From Saprolegnia diclina VS20 (lineage: Eukaryota): 51,013 nt of DNA. The number at the start of each line of letters is the position of its first letter. The first letter of the stretch is position 1. Shown one piece after another: positions 22,315 to 36,401 of this stretch. The notes under the pieces were generated by a model. It was not told the DNA's origin. It made no database searches and worked only from the letters and a program-made list of their open reading frames with translations. Position numbers and translations under genes: made by a program. The DNA is taken from assembly GCF_000281045.1 (NCBI RefSeq), contig NW_008246192.1, positions 1 through 51,013 of the forward strand. Reading direction: 5' to 3'.

Positions 22315-23507
22315 ATGGACGAGCTCCTGGTCAGCGATACCAACACCACCGCGCACGCACCGTCGCCACCCGAGCCCATCGCACGGCCACCGTCGCCCGC
22401 CGTCGCCGTCGCATGGATATGCATCTGGGCATACCTTGGCGTGGCTGCCCGCGTGCTTTTCACGTCAGCCTCCAAGTCCATCGAGGCGACGCAGGCTGCT
22501 CCGTCAATTTTGACTGCGATGGGGGTCTCGTTCTTCCTCCCGAACGTTGTCGGCTGCTTCGTCATGGGCCTTGCGCAGCCGCTCAAGACCGCTCGCCACG
22601 AAGCCTTCTGGACGGGCGTGACGACCGGCTTCTGCGGCTGCTGCACGACGTTTGCATCATGGGAACTCGTGCTCGCGCAGGAGTACCTCGGGTCCATGGC
22701 AGCGAACGCGACCTTCATGTTCTTCGTGCAGCTCACGACGTCGCTCGCCGCCTTTCTCTCGGGGCGCCATCTTGGGCTTGTCTACACGGGGCGCGTCCAC
22801 GCAGCTGCCGCCCAAGCTGCGTGGAGCGACGTTCTCGCGTACGCACAGAGCCGGAGCGTCCAACAGGTATATACTGTTGTAGCCGGCTACTCGTTGAAGC
22901 GCGCCTCGAAATGCGGTAGGACGAGGATGGCAAGTGGCAGCGGCTGGCGCTGGCGATGGAAGAGGCGCCACCGCTTCCCGCAGCTGGCGCTTCGACGCTC
23001 AAGCCAGTGCGCCATGGCGTCGTGTACAGCCTGTGCGCTCTGGCCACGGTCCTTGCAATCATTCTCGCTGCGCTGTACCTCGATGGCTACTTGGCCGTTG
23101 TCGTTGGGCCGCTCGGCGCCCTCCTTCGATACGGACTTGGGCTCCGTCTCAACAAGTCCAAGACGTTCCCACTCGGGACGTTCGTCGCCAACGTTTTGGC
23201 GTCCATCGTGAGCTGCATCGGCGTCCTCGCGATGCCAACGTCAACCCTCGCTGCGACCGTACGTGGCACGCCCACGTGCAAGAGATCTGATTTTATGTTC
23301 TAGTGGGTCCAGCACGCGCTCCTAACGGGGTTTTGTGGGTCGCTCTCAACAGTCTCGTCCTGGATCAACGAGATCTACTCGATGCCGTCGTCCAGTGTGC
23401 TGTACGTGGCGGCGACGCACGTCGCGACGCAGACCGCCTGCCTTCTCCTGCTCGGTAGCTCTACGTGTTTGCCCGTCGCTCATGTGTCGCTAGGCCTTGG
23501 GGAATAG
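22315..23507 (+). CDS. FEX-type fluoride exporter (two fused Fluc/CrcB domains; spliced)
   Basis: GVAAR, PNVVGCFVMG, TTGFCGCCTTFASW; second domain GALLRY, FPLGTFVANVLAS, LTGFCGSLSTVSSW. Confidence 0.88.
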
Positions 23508-23684
23508 CTTGGGAAGAGAGTATACCGCGTAGAGAACACATGAAGAATCCATATCCATCCTTCTATCGGAGGACATATCGTAGTTACGTTAACATTGCTA
23601 CAGCACGACTCGAGGATAACATCGAGACATATAATTATAAGGTGGGCCGCGAAACACTTTCATTGGCCGTGGGCGGGGCGACGT

Positions 23685-24422
23685 CTATCGCGTCAGGCAG
23701 CACTCGGTCATGTGGTGGACCCACTTTTCGCGCTCCTGGCTGCTCTGCGCCTGCAGAATCAGCGGCTTGGTGCCGTGGCTTAGCCGCACCTCGAGCGTCT
23801 GGCTGTTGGGCAGCGGCTTGACACCGAGAACGTAGCTGCGCGACGTCGGGACAGTCCACGGGTTTTCGTCCGCGTGCATCGAGAGCATGTTGCCTTGCAG
23901 CACAAAGTACTTGTTGCCTTGCTTGGGCACGGTCAGGTAGCCTGCGCAGTTGACGGCGTTCTCGTCGTCCGAGTCGAGCGACGAGTCGGCCGAGTCGATT
24001 GAAACAGATGTGGTCGCGAGCTTGCGCTTGCCGAGCTGCGACGCGAGGTTGAGGCCGTTGACCCACTTGGCGCGCGCGACTGAGGTCTCGACGCGGATGT
24101 CGAGGACCTTGCCGGACGAGCCATAGACCTTGAAGGCGATCGCGCTCTTCTGGCCGACCTCGACGTGCACAACGCGGAGGACGCCGCGCGGGGATGTGTC
24201 ACCCTGCGTGTAGCCGGGCGCGAAGAGGTGGGCGTACTCCTCGCCAGGGTACTTGTCGTAGTACGAGAGAAGGGCGCCGCGCAGGATAAAGTACTGGTAC
24301 TTCCATGACGAGAAGCGACCCGACTTCTTCCACAGCCAGCCAGCGGCGAACTCGCCGGCCGTGGACGACGACTCGGGCATGGAGGCGCCGCGGGAGCTTG
24401 GGTGCGAGCGCGCAGAGTTCAT
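23685..24422 (-). CDS. Tandem PH-domain protein
   Basis: GWLWKKSGRFSSWKYQYFILRGALLSYY...RAKWVNGL, and a second domain GYLTVPKQGNKYFVLQGNML...QAQSSQEREKWVHHM. Start at 24422 or 24380. Confidence 0.85.
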   Translation of the reverse strand: MNSARSHPSSRGASMPESSSTAGEFAAGWLWKKSGRFSSWKYQYFILRGALLSYYDKYPGEEYAHLFAPGYTQGDTSPRGVLRVVHVEVGQKSAIAFKVYGSSGKVLDIRVETSVARAKWVNGLNLASQLGKRKLATTSVSIDSADSSLDSDDENAVNCAGYLTVPKQGNKYFVLQGNMLSMHADENPWTVPTSRSYVLGVKPLPNSQTLEVRLSHGTKPLILQAQSSQEREKWVHHMTECCLTR

Positions 24423-26227
24423 GCGTTTTCAGAATGAAGTATGCAGAGGCGCGAGCTGCTGCTGCTGCACCTCCTATACCTGCTGCCCATGTAACTTCGG
24501 TGTAACACGCTGGAAGCCAGCGCAACGATGTGTATGGGTTCCGGCGTGCGACGCATTAAAAACCAACTGGAATTTTATTCGGCGACACCTTCGTTTTGTA
24601 TACTCCGCAAGAAAAAATAGGCATGGTTTTATTGTCTCGTACATGTCAGCGATGCATTCGCATGTATTTTTATACACGTTGCTAATTTCTGCTGTGAAAA
24701 ATGCATGAAAATGACTGAAGCCAACGTCTCAGCTGCCTCATGTCAAATCTCAGCGACCAGGTGAGATACACAAGCCAGTTGGGCACAGTGGCGCGATTGC
24801 CGCTGGCAGAGCCTTTACATCGCGACCATCATTGAATTCCTGCTGGCGAATCTCGGAGGTCCGTCGCGGATCGAGTGGAAGTGAGGACGCGCGAGGACGA
24901 CGTCGTTTCGGAATGTGCGGCGCTGCGGCGCACACCCAAGAGCCGGCGGATGTTTCCCACCGAACTTGACATGCAGAGCTTGATGAGGCTTCCGATGGCG
25001 CCGCCTGCGTTTCCGTGTCAATGACCGCGCGATACCCAAGCACTTGATTGGCGCCGGCGCACCACCATGTCGGCAGTGGATGGCGCGCTTGACACAAAGC
25101 GCTCGTGTCTTTGGGGTCCATCGGCCGCAACCGTCCATTTCTCTTGCCCGCACACCGCTTTTATGCAATGCTCTCGGGTGGGGATCAGCATTTGGGTGTA
25201 CGTACCCGGCGTCGTGCGAGGGACGTGGGCGAAGTAGCCTTTCGTGCGGTGTCGACGACACGAAGCCGCGGTCGGGCGTGGAACACCGCGTCCTTTACTA
25301 CCGCGAGAGGGGCACGATATGTCATTCGATTTGACGATTCGCATCACAAACAAGTGGTGCGCATATCCCCAAGAAAGCGGCGAGGGAACTTCAACTTGGT
25401 GCGGGACGTGTCCATTGTGGACTGAGAAGCCTGTACTGTACTGGTACTAGCCCACGCACAATGCAGTGGTGTTGGACTTTCGCGGGGGAAATGTCCGTGG
25501 TGGCCAGGGATCGAACCCTGTAGCAGGTCGGCGAGAGGGAGCGACGCCATGCTGGCAGAAGCGGCTTGCGCATATCATATTGCCACCTTGATAGCGGGCA
25601 AGATTCCTGGCTCTGCGCAAAACTCTGCGCATTCCTGCACAAGGCTCCCGTGCTCTTAGGACGACTAGCATGGCCACCAAGAGCGGTCCTTCGTCGCTGC
25701 CAAAGGAAGGCAGAAGCAGTACACTATAGCATGGTGAGTGAGGCCAAGGGCAAGACAGCTGCGTGATTAGCAGCGTGCATTCTCCCGCGTCTTGCCAAAT
25801 GATAGTGGAGAAGGTGGCAGAAGAAGACGACCGCACTTGCGTCCTGCTGTTGCTCGCAACGTCAGACGTCACCAGAAGCTTCCCAGAGTGTAGAGGCTAC
25901 GACCGCTCAACCTTTCACGACGTCGCAACCGGCGCATCAAAACACCCACATACACATGACAATGTGGACGCGGCCATCTGCAACAATCGCAGGCTGCAAG
26001 ATCGCTCAACCGACCTGCCTGCCATGCTGGAGCTCTGCAGGTACCGGCATTGAAGCTCGTAGGTTGACCAACTACACTGTGCGAGCCAGCACTTGGACCA
26101 GTGTTGACTCAACCCGCAATCATGCGCTCTGATTCGCCGCGCAGGTTGAAGGAGCGCGTCATTTTGGCCAATGAAAACGCGATCCGCGGTGCCACACGAC
26201 CTTTGGATCGCCACTTTGGAATTGGAA

Positions 26228-28490
26228 ATGACCAAGCGAGCTACGCTGTCGACGTCCGTGGGTCTGCTTGGCGTCGCCGCCTCATGCCGCATGTAGGTAC
26301 GCCCACCAGGCGGACCTCCCGAGCCTGCCCGTGCCAGACCTGCAGCAGACGGCGCGCAAGTACCTCGAGTCCATCGAGCCCTTCGTGACCAAGGTGGCCT
26401 GCCGCTGCATGGACCCGATGCCAATGCGTTCGCTCTGTAGGAAGAGCTCCAGCACACGACTGAGCTCATGCAGGACTTTGTCGGGCCCAATGGCCAAGCC
26501 CACGCCCTCCACGAAGCGCTTCTCGAGCGCGCGGCTACGGAGCGCAACTGGGTACGGCTTCGCTGCTTCTGGCCTCGCATCTCATATCTGTATGTTGCAC
26601 TAGCTGGCCGAGTGGTGGGAATACGGTACGCGCCATCACAGGTTCCTTCTTTGTCGCTAATGAGCAAATGGGCGTAGCGGGCTACACGTCGTACCGTGCT
26701 CCGACGGCGATCGACATCAACATGATCTCGGGCTTTGGGTCGTTCAACGAGCTAGACCAGTCGGTGCCGCAGTGCCGCCGCGCGGCCGAGATCATCCGGT
26801 ACACGTCCGAGTACCATGCGATGCTGCTCCTCGAGAAGGTCGCGCCGGAGCACATGGGTCGCCGCCCCATGTGCATGGACATGTTCCGTCGCATCTTTGC
26901 GTCCTGCCGCATCCCGCAGATGCCAGCCGACACGTACGAGCGCCTCGACGGCGTCAAGCGCATCGACCACGTCGTCGTCTTTTGCCGCGGTGCGTCTCTA
27001 GTGTGTCTACTTCCTGCACCTTCGTCTGGAACGTAGGCTACCCCTTTGCGCTCAACGTGGTCGACGCGCAGCACCAGCTGCTTACGATCGGCGACCTCGA
27101 GCGCCAGCTGCAGTTCATTTACGAGTACGCACATTCGTTCCCGACAACAGTACGTCGATGTATTCAAGTGTCAATGTATCGAGTTTTCTGTAGCTTGCGG
27201 TCGGTGCACTCACGTCGGCGCACCGCGACGTGTGGACGGAAGCCCGGGAGGCGCTGGTAGGACGGAAGACCTGCCACACAATACGAAATGCATCTCGTAG
27301 CTGCCTCTGGGCACGAACGCGGCGAGCTTGCAGATGATCCAAGAGAGCTTGTTCGCTGTGTGCATGGACGAGAGCACGCCGACGACCCCGACCGAGTGCC
27401 TCCAGCACATCGCGGCTGGTAGACACGGAGGCCATGCGATGCAGAGATCCGAGTTTCGGTCGTAGGCGAGGCCCACAACCGGTGGTATGACAAGAGCCTC
27501 CAGTTCATCGTCTTTGGCAACGGCAACGTCGGCTGCAACATGGAGCACGGCAACGCCGACGCGACCGTGTACCGCTCGGTCTTTGAATGGTCGGTCTAGT
27601 ATCAAGTTGATACGATTGCGCAAGTACGGAATATGTGATGTAGGCTCGGGCGCCGGTACTTGAGCCGCAATGGGAGCATGGAGACGCGTATTGAGAGCAC
27701 GTCGAGTGCGTTCTTGCCGCCGCCGACGCTCCTCTCGTTCGACGTGCCGGCGCATGTCGGTGCGACGATCGCTGATGTTTCGACGGCGTTTGCCGCCAAG
27801 GCCGCGCGCTTCCAGGCGTGCGTCACGCGACACAAGGAGGTCGGTCGACTGCGCATCAAGTCGGACCTGCGCGTGCCGCCCGACACGTTTGTGCAGCTCG
27901 CGATCCAGCTCACTGCGTGGCAGCTCTGGGGCCGCGTCCTCCCCACGTACGAGAGCGCGCACACGCGCTGGTTTGCCCACGGCCGCACGGAAACGATTCG
28001 GTCGTGCACGAACGAGGTCGTCGCCTGGCTGCAAGCGCCGTCCGACATGGCCAAGTTGGAGGCCGCGGTCGCCAAGCACCAGGAGCTCGCGATGGAGGCG
28101 CTCGACGGCCAGGGCGCCGACCGGCACCTGCTCGGGCTCCAGATCGCCTCGGTGCTCGCCGGTGCGCCGCTGCACCCGGTCTTCTCGGACGCCTCGTACA
28201 CCAAGTCGGGCGGGAACGGCAACTTTGTGCTCTCGACGTCCAACGTCTCGGGCTACGAGTGGCTCTGGGGCGGCTTTGCGCCCATGGTCGAGTACGGCAT
28301 CGGCATCTGCTACTCGGTCGAGCCGACCTTTATCGGGTACACGGTGTCGTCCATGAAGAAGACGGCAGAGGCGACCGACGACCCGATCGAGCGCGTCTCG
28401 TGCCACACGTTTGCGGCGGCGCTCACCAAGAGCATCACGTCGCTGGCCGAGACCCTCGAGACCGCGCGTCGGGCGGCCGCCAAATTGTAA
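26228..28490 (+). CDS. Choline/carnitine O-acyltransferase family protein, probably peroxisomal (multi-exon)
   Basis: LPSLPVPDLQQT, NRWYDKSLQF, EHGNADA (catalytic His), PDTFVQLAIQL, TYESAHTRWFAHGRTETIRS, GADRHLLGL, LSTS. Ends in AKL (PTS1). Confidence 0.92.
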
Positions 28491-28521
28491 ACAGCTTGTT
28501 ATAACACAACGTCGTGTTGGG

Positions 28522-30555
28522 TTAGCGGCGACTCTTGTGTTTCTTGGTCGACGACCGGCGACGGTACCGGTCGTCGTCGTCGCTGCTGCTACTGCTGTAG
28601 TCGCTCTCGTAGTCGTCCTTTCTCCGACGCGATCGGCGGTCGTACGACGGCGACCGGCGACGCGACGCGTAGTAGCGACTACCCCGGTCCGGGCTGCGGC
28701 TCCGCGAATACCGCTTCGTGTGGTAGCTCGATTTCCGGTACGACGGCGACCGCGACCGCTTCCGAGGCGACGGCGACCGCTTTCGAGGCGACGACGACCG
28801 CTTCCGGGGCGACGACGACCGCTTCCGGGGCGACGACGACCGCTTCCGGGGCGACGACGACCGCTTCCGGGGTCGGCGGTCCTTGGCGGGCGACCGTGGC
28901 TTGCGGTAGTCTTTGGACGGCGATCGGTGGCGACGGTCCGGCGACCGCGCGCGGTCCTTGATGGGCGACCGGGTGCGGTTCTTTGGTGGCGATCGCGGTG
29001 GTGGCCGCGACTCGACTTGGTTGGTCATTTCACTCGGGAGAGATATCGAGTCGTGCACGGGCCACGTGAGCCCCCCCTTTTGGGTCACGAGGAAGTGGCG
29101 TTTCTGCTCGTCGGTCGCCGTCGCCGCCTGGAAGAGCCGCGTTTGCTGCGTCTTCCACGCGTGCAGCTGCATGTACTGCTCTAGCATTGTCGTGCGCTCT
29201 ACAAAAAGCATGAGGACCTTCGCCGCGTCGAGTGCTGCGCGTACGGAGCGGCACCATGGCCGCGTGCTGCTTGTCGGAGAGCCACGCCGACTCGCAGCGC
29301 GTCTGCTTGATGTGGCACGCGATCACGATGCTGGCTTGCGCGAGGTGCACGGCCGAGTAGTCGATGCACATGGTCGTCCAGAATAGCTCGCGCAAGATGA
29401 CTTTGGAGACGTCGCCAACCTCGCTGCTACCTACTCGGAGCGTCAGGCATGCTCGTGTTGGCGAGAGCGTACAGGACGGCGGCAGCTTGCTGACGAGCTG
29501 GTACAAGTGGCAGTACGGGAGGTCGATCGTGAGGTCGTACGAGACGCCGCGTAGCACTTGGAGCTCGTAGTGCAACAGGTGCATGCGCTCGAGCTCTTCC
29601 TTCTCTTCGTCGCCGTACTGAAGCGGTGTCTACTTGGAGGTTGGTCGCCATACCATCACGGCGATAACTCTACCTCGAGGATGTAATGCATGACGTGGAC
29701 CATCCGAAGCAGCCGCATGCGCTGGCTCGAGGCTTTGGCCGCGAGGAAGAGGCAGGCGGCGGCAATCTTGTAGCGCTCCCGGGCGTAAAACCCCTTGTCG
29801 AAGAGCGTGTGGAAGTAGTGCATGGCCGTGACAACGATGTGGGGTGGAAGGCCCAGCGCGTGGCTGAGCGCGTCGATGAAGGCGACGCCCGTGAAGCGCC
29901 AGTGACGCTTCTTGTCGCTGAGAGATGCGTACTGCACTTCCATGAGTGACGGCAGGTTGAGCCGATGCACTGACATCTGCAGGTTCATGCCGTCCCGATC
30001 GAACGGGTCCATGGCGCCGGGCAAGAGCATCTTCTGGGGCGGCTTCCGCGGCCGCGCCTCGCCCGTGATGAAGCGTCGCCAGTCGCGGAGCTTGGCGCGG
30101 AATATCCCGAGCTCTTCCCAGCGGCCGAGCGTCTTGAAGAGCTTCTTCTTGTTCTCTTCGACTTTGCGCGACTCGTCCATGTCTCGGATGCACGTGAGGA
30201 AGATGTGCTCGACCGTGCCGGTCCACGCGTGCTGGCGCGCCTTGCGCTCGGCCGGCGGCGTCGGCGTCTTGAGGAACTCGTGGATCACGTAGAAGAGCAT
30301 GAGCTTGTTGTTGAACGTCCGCGCGCGGTCGCCGCTGATCCACGTGCGCAGCTTGATCTGGATGTACACGGTCCACGGCTCCAGCGCGTGGGCCGCGATC
30401 CAGGCCGCCGTCAGTGCCACGACGTTGCGGTTCGGGTGCTTCTCGATGAGCTGCATGAGGAGCACGTCCAGCTCCGCCAGCGGCGACGCCACTAGCGTCT
30501 CGCCCTCCATCGCCCCGTCGTCGTGAGGGCCGACCAATGATTTTCGGGCGTCCAT
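28522..30555 (-). CDS. CID-like domain, transcriptional cyclin box and RS-rich tail in one protein (spliced)
   Basis: N-terminal KLMLFYVIHEFLK...KKKLFKTLGRWEELGIF (CID/RPR-like). Cyclin fold VVTAMHYFHTLF...AAACLFLAAK...YELQVLRGVSYDLTIDLPY. Introns at 29630-29673, 29431-29472 and 29199-29244 join it in frame to the RS tail. Start at 30555 or 30510. Confidence 0.8.
28747..28872 (-). repeat. 21-bp coding tandem repeat x6 (PRKRSSS heptad)
   Basis: CGCTTCCGGGGCGACGACGAC-type units on the + strand, translating to (PRKRSSS)4-PRKRSPS-PRKRSRS. Confidence 0.92.
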
Positions 30556-30953
30556 GCGTCCTCGTTTCGGCACTTTCCGATTTTCACGCTCTATTTCGGA
30601 TCGCCGACCCAATTTCAACCAACGTCGCCAACTCGTCAACCCCAAGCAGTCCGTCCTTCTTGCTGCTGATGCGCGCAGACGAGCGCAGCGACGATCCTCC
30701 CACATCGCCACCGCCTCCCTAACCGCGCTATTTGCCAGGCGAGTCGGTTGCCCTTTTCTGCTTTCGACTAACATGTAAATTGACAAAATTCCCTAGTTTC
30801 GACCACCATCAACCGACAAATATCGTTTGAAGGTCGTCGCTAGGACCATATTTCCCTGTGATTTATCGTCCTGAGAGCATTGGATCATCGGTGCAAGCGT
30901 TCTGGAGCATGGAGCGAGCTTCAACTGGTACAAACTGCAGAGCGACTAGCTAA

Positions 30954-33059
<2,106 letters not shown>

Positions 33060-33087
33060 TCACCAACCTTATATGCTGAGTTGAGTC

Positions 33088-33576
33088 TTAGACGAGCACC
33101 TTGCCGAGCACGCGACGGCAGAGGCACCACCAGCCACCGGCCGAGACGACGCCGGCGGGGAAGAAGGGCATCGCGAGGAGGCGCTCGAGGGGCATGAGGT
33201 ACCCGGACGGGAAGAGAACCAGGGGCGCGTTCCAGTACAAGGCGACGATTAGCACGAGGCAAGCCGGCTGCACGTACTTGACGAGCGGCGAGACCGTGAA
33301 CTGCGCCATGCGCTCCATCGCGAGCGTCTGCTCCTGCTTCTTGATCGTGTTCATTTGGCGCGTGATCTTGGAGTGCTCGACAAACATGTCGACCGAGTTG
33401 AGCTTCTTGGCTTGGAGCGAGAGGAGCGCATGCTCCTTCTGAAGGCGGAGCTCGTCGGCGCCGGGGCGCTCACCGCGGTGCGTGTAGTAGTACATGCTGG
33501 CCTCGACGAGGACGCAGAGAAGCGTGAGGATGAGGAGGCTCGGCGCGTCGAGCTCTTCCACGAGTCGGAGGCCCAT
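33088..33576 (-). CDS. GET1/WRB-like tail-anchored protein insertase subunit
   Basis: TM helix, coiled coil (LNSVDMFVEHSKITRQMN), TM helix, YWNAPLV, then LAMPFFPAGVVSAGGWWCLC, matching Get1 layout. Confidence 0.7.
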   Translation of the reverse strand: MGLRLVEELDAPSLLILTLLCVLVEASMYYYTHRGERPGADELRLQKEHALLSLQAKKLNSVDMFVEHSKITRQMNTIKKQEQTLAMERMAQFTVSPLVKYVQPACLVLIVALYWNAPLVLFPSGYLMPLERLLAMPFFPAGVVSAGGWWCLCRRVLGKVLV

Positions 33577-34101
33577 CGATCGACACGAAGCAAACGAAAA
33601 TGAAATTCGGACCGAGTCCTAGTTGACGATTTTGAAACAAGGCTTTCGGACGTTGATGACGTTAAACAGGTTAAACAGGTTGAATACCGACTCCAAGCCT
33701 CATGCGAAGATCTCCGAAATTGAGTCGGCCGACAATTATGCTCGCTTCGATTTCTCAACGAAGACTGCGGAGGTACAGATTGCTGGTGAAAGGAGCTGAA
33801 CATCCCGAGTCGGAGGCTGAATAGCATGCTCGACAAACTACTTCCTTCCCAGCGTGTCAAGGCGGCTGAGTGCTCGGTCTATGAGCTTGTGGACCAGAAA
33901 TATGCAAGCCTCGCTCGCTGTATCGCCCAAGAAGTACTATTAGTACAGTTTATGTACAATGATGAAAGACGATCACCGAAATGTATCAAGTTGACACAAA
34001 ATCAGCTCGGTGCGGCTGGTGTGGTGATTCGGATGCACTGGAACTCACCATGAACGAGAGAGCTGCAGCGATTGTCGACGAGTCCAAACAGCTCATAGTT
34101 C

Positions 34102-34902
34102 TTAGGTGGGCCCGGGCTCGAAGAATGCAGTTTGGATCTGAAACAGCGCCGTGACAACGCGATCTTCGGCGGTCGAGTCGGGTGGGAACTCGAGCACAAA
34201 CGCGCGGCTCCACTCGCCGCCCACGAGATGCAAGTGCGACACCGTGTTTCCTCCTGCGGCGAGGATGTCGTAGATGGCGTCCCGCTTCCCGGGGGTGCCG
34301 CCGCAGCAATTGTTGACGCGGCCGCAGCAGCAGAGGTTCGTGCGCACCGTGTACCGCGTCGCAATGGCGTCACCGTCGCACCGGTCAATGTCCGTGTACG
34401 TGGTGCACAAGCAACACAAGACGTAGCACTTGGCGCCGTACGGAGAGAAATACTCGCGCGCGCAACCGATGCGCACGAGCTCCGAGCCGCGGACAGCATC
34501 GACGTCCATTCGCATCGGGCAGCCGTAGAACCCGCTCATTTGGAACGGCCGCCGGGCGACAAACACATCGTTCGAGGTGCCGTCGAGAACGAAGTGGAGC
34601 GTGAGCGGCCAAAGCGTGTGGCACCCAAAGAGCGCAAGGAGTATATGCAGACCGAGCGACGACTCTTCGCGCAGGAGCAGAAACTTGTCGAGCTTGTCAA
34701 TCTCGGCACTAGTTGGCGTCCAGCCGGCGTCCGAGACGTCGCTGCGCACAAGCTTGTCCTCGGGGAGGCGACTCACGCGGTACGTGACCTGCGGCGCGTA
34801 CGGTAGCGGTTGTTGGTCTTCGTTCTCAAAGCGCTGGTGCACGACAACACCTCGGCTCGTCGCCAACGACACATCAATGGGCTGCAGCGGTACCTCTTCC
34901 AT
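34102..34902 (-). CDS. Phospholipid scramblase-like protein
   Basis: REES, RRPF, Cys-rich CCLC and CCCG segments, and a C-terminus FVLEFPPDSTAEDR...IQTAFFE like the PLSCR end. Confidence 0.7.
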   Translation of the reverse strand: MEEVPLQPIDVSLATSRGVVVHQRFENEDQQPLPYAPQVTYRVSRLPEDKLVRSDVSDAGWTPTSAEIDKLDKFLLLREESSLGLHILLALFGCHTLWPLTLHFVLDGTSNDVFVARRPFQMSGFYGCPMRMDVDAVRGSELVRIGCAREYFSPYGAKCYVLCCLCTTYTDIDRCDGDAIATRYTVRTNLCCCGRVNNCCGGTPGKRDAIYDILAAGGNTVSHLHLVGGEWSRAFVLEFPPDSTAEDRVVTALFQIQTAFFEPGPT

Positions 34903-36380
34903 GTTGCACGGGAAAGGTGGAGCTCGGGTAAATTCAACTACTCGTTTGTTCGTTTTAACAAGTCTCTAAATTTAACTAATTGGCCGCGGCGCAGTCTTCA
35001 CGAAGACCGTCACAGTGGTCACGGTCGATGATCGCTCATTCTTGTGCACCAGTGACTCTCGATCACACAACACATTTTGATGACACCTGATGTCGAATAA
35101 GCCGAAACACTACCGCGGTTTCCGTGCCGACCCAACAGATTGGGAGAGAACATGTTTAGAGAGCAGAGTTCTTGAAGAGATCTGCGAATATTGGGACCTC
35201 GTTAAAAAATTTCAGCGCCGGTTGGCTCCTCAGACGTGCACGGCTTGACCGTGCCGGCGAGGTTGGTTGGGTGTGGGGCGAACAGTCGAGGCCGCATCCA
35301 TGTCAACAGCTCTGTCACTGATAGGGATCGATCGATCATGAACGCGCTCGATTGTTCCAGTCGCTGCGATACGCTGTTGTTCCTGCGAAGAGCTTAATGA
35401 TTCCCGCCTTGTGCAGGTCGCGCTAGGTCAGAGCAGAAAAGGCGTCCACGAACTGATTGTATAAGACTGGAAATCGACATTGAAGACCAGGACGACATCG
35501 GCAGTTCCAAGCTCTGCCAACACAACCTCGAGACCGTCGCTCGCTTGCAACACGTGTAATGGCGCGCGTAGGCCTGGACAGGGCGCGGTGCTTGTAGACT
35601 TATCGCAGGAGTGAGAAGGAACTTCCAGGCAAATATTCTCCACAAAATGACTGTCGGGGCTCAGTCTTACCCATGAGCAATCACGAATCCCGTGTTCGGT
35701 CGCACACCGTATTGGGATAAACACAGTCACCCTTTGGGCTATATCAGATTTACTGGTTATATCAATATCCCATTGTTTTGAAGCTACGTAAAACCCATTT
35801 TAAAAGTGTAAATCCCACAATGTCCCAAAAACCCATTGAAGGAAACCCGCCGAACACGCAGCGTGATAACCAACGCGTGATCACACATGTGCTGCCACAT
35901 GGCTGCTGATTGCTCCTCCAAATGAACGGCTGCGGCGTCGTCCGTCTCTGCGCTTCGTTACACGAGCATTCACGTCATAACTCCTCCGAGTACTTTGCTC
36001 TAAGAACTAATAACTCCAGCTTGGCGCGGGCCTTGGGCACGCCAACGACGTCACAGCGGCAGCAGCGTCGACCCACTCTGTGGCAGTGTGTGATGATAAT
36101 GTTACCCACCCACAATAACTCATCAAATTGCTAACCCCTCGCCATCTGGGTTTGGATTATGGGCGTCAAACGTCTTCCGAAAGCATTGGCATTCGCCTAA
36201 ATAGTACATTTCTACCCAAGCCAACCAATCACTGAACGTTAAAGGCTGGTACGCGTACTTTGTATGGGAATCAGAGCTCGCGTAATGAAACGCTCGTCAT
36301 CCATACAAAGCGCGAGATGTTTCAAGGCCTCGGACCGAGCTGAGCTCGGAAACACGGCGCCGATCGTGATAACGCAGAGG

Positions 36381-36396
36381 GCATTTCAGAATCTGC
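36381..36396 (+). promoter_or_regulatory. Putative oomycete Inr+FPR-like core promoter
   Basis: GCATTTCAGAATCTGC just upstream of the bZIP ATG resembles YCAYTYY followed by MWTTTNC, with imperfect match. Confidence 0.35.
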
Positions 36397-36401
36397 CGTC
36401 A

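Noticed and set aside
25490..25600. Intact tRNA gene
   Set aside because: Only a T-arm-like hairpin is present; a cloverleaf cannot be built.
28747..28872. 21-bp tandem array as a non-coding or CRISPR-like repeat
   Set aside because: No spacers; it is in-frame coding sequence of the RS tail.
33661..33687. Short tandem GTTAAACAG x2-3 (also CTAGAATCTG x2 near 41289)
   Set aside because: Ordinary slippage duplications with no further supporting structure.
35000..36300. Coding-like fragment (LEIDIEDQDDIGSSKLCQH) and AT-rich CCCATT/AAACCC patch as a mobile element
   Set aside because: Too short, with no terminal repeats or target-site duplication that I could pair.
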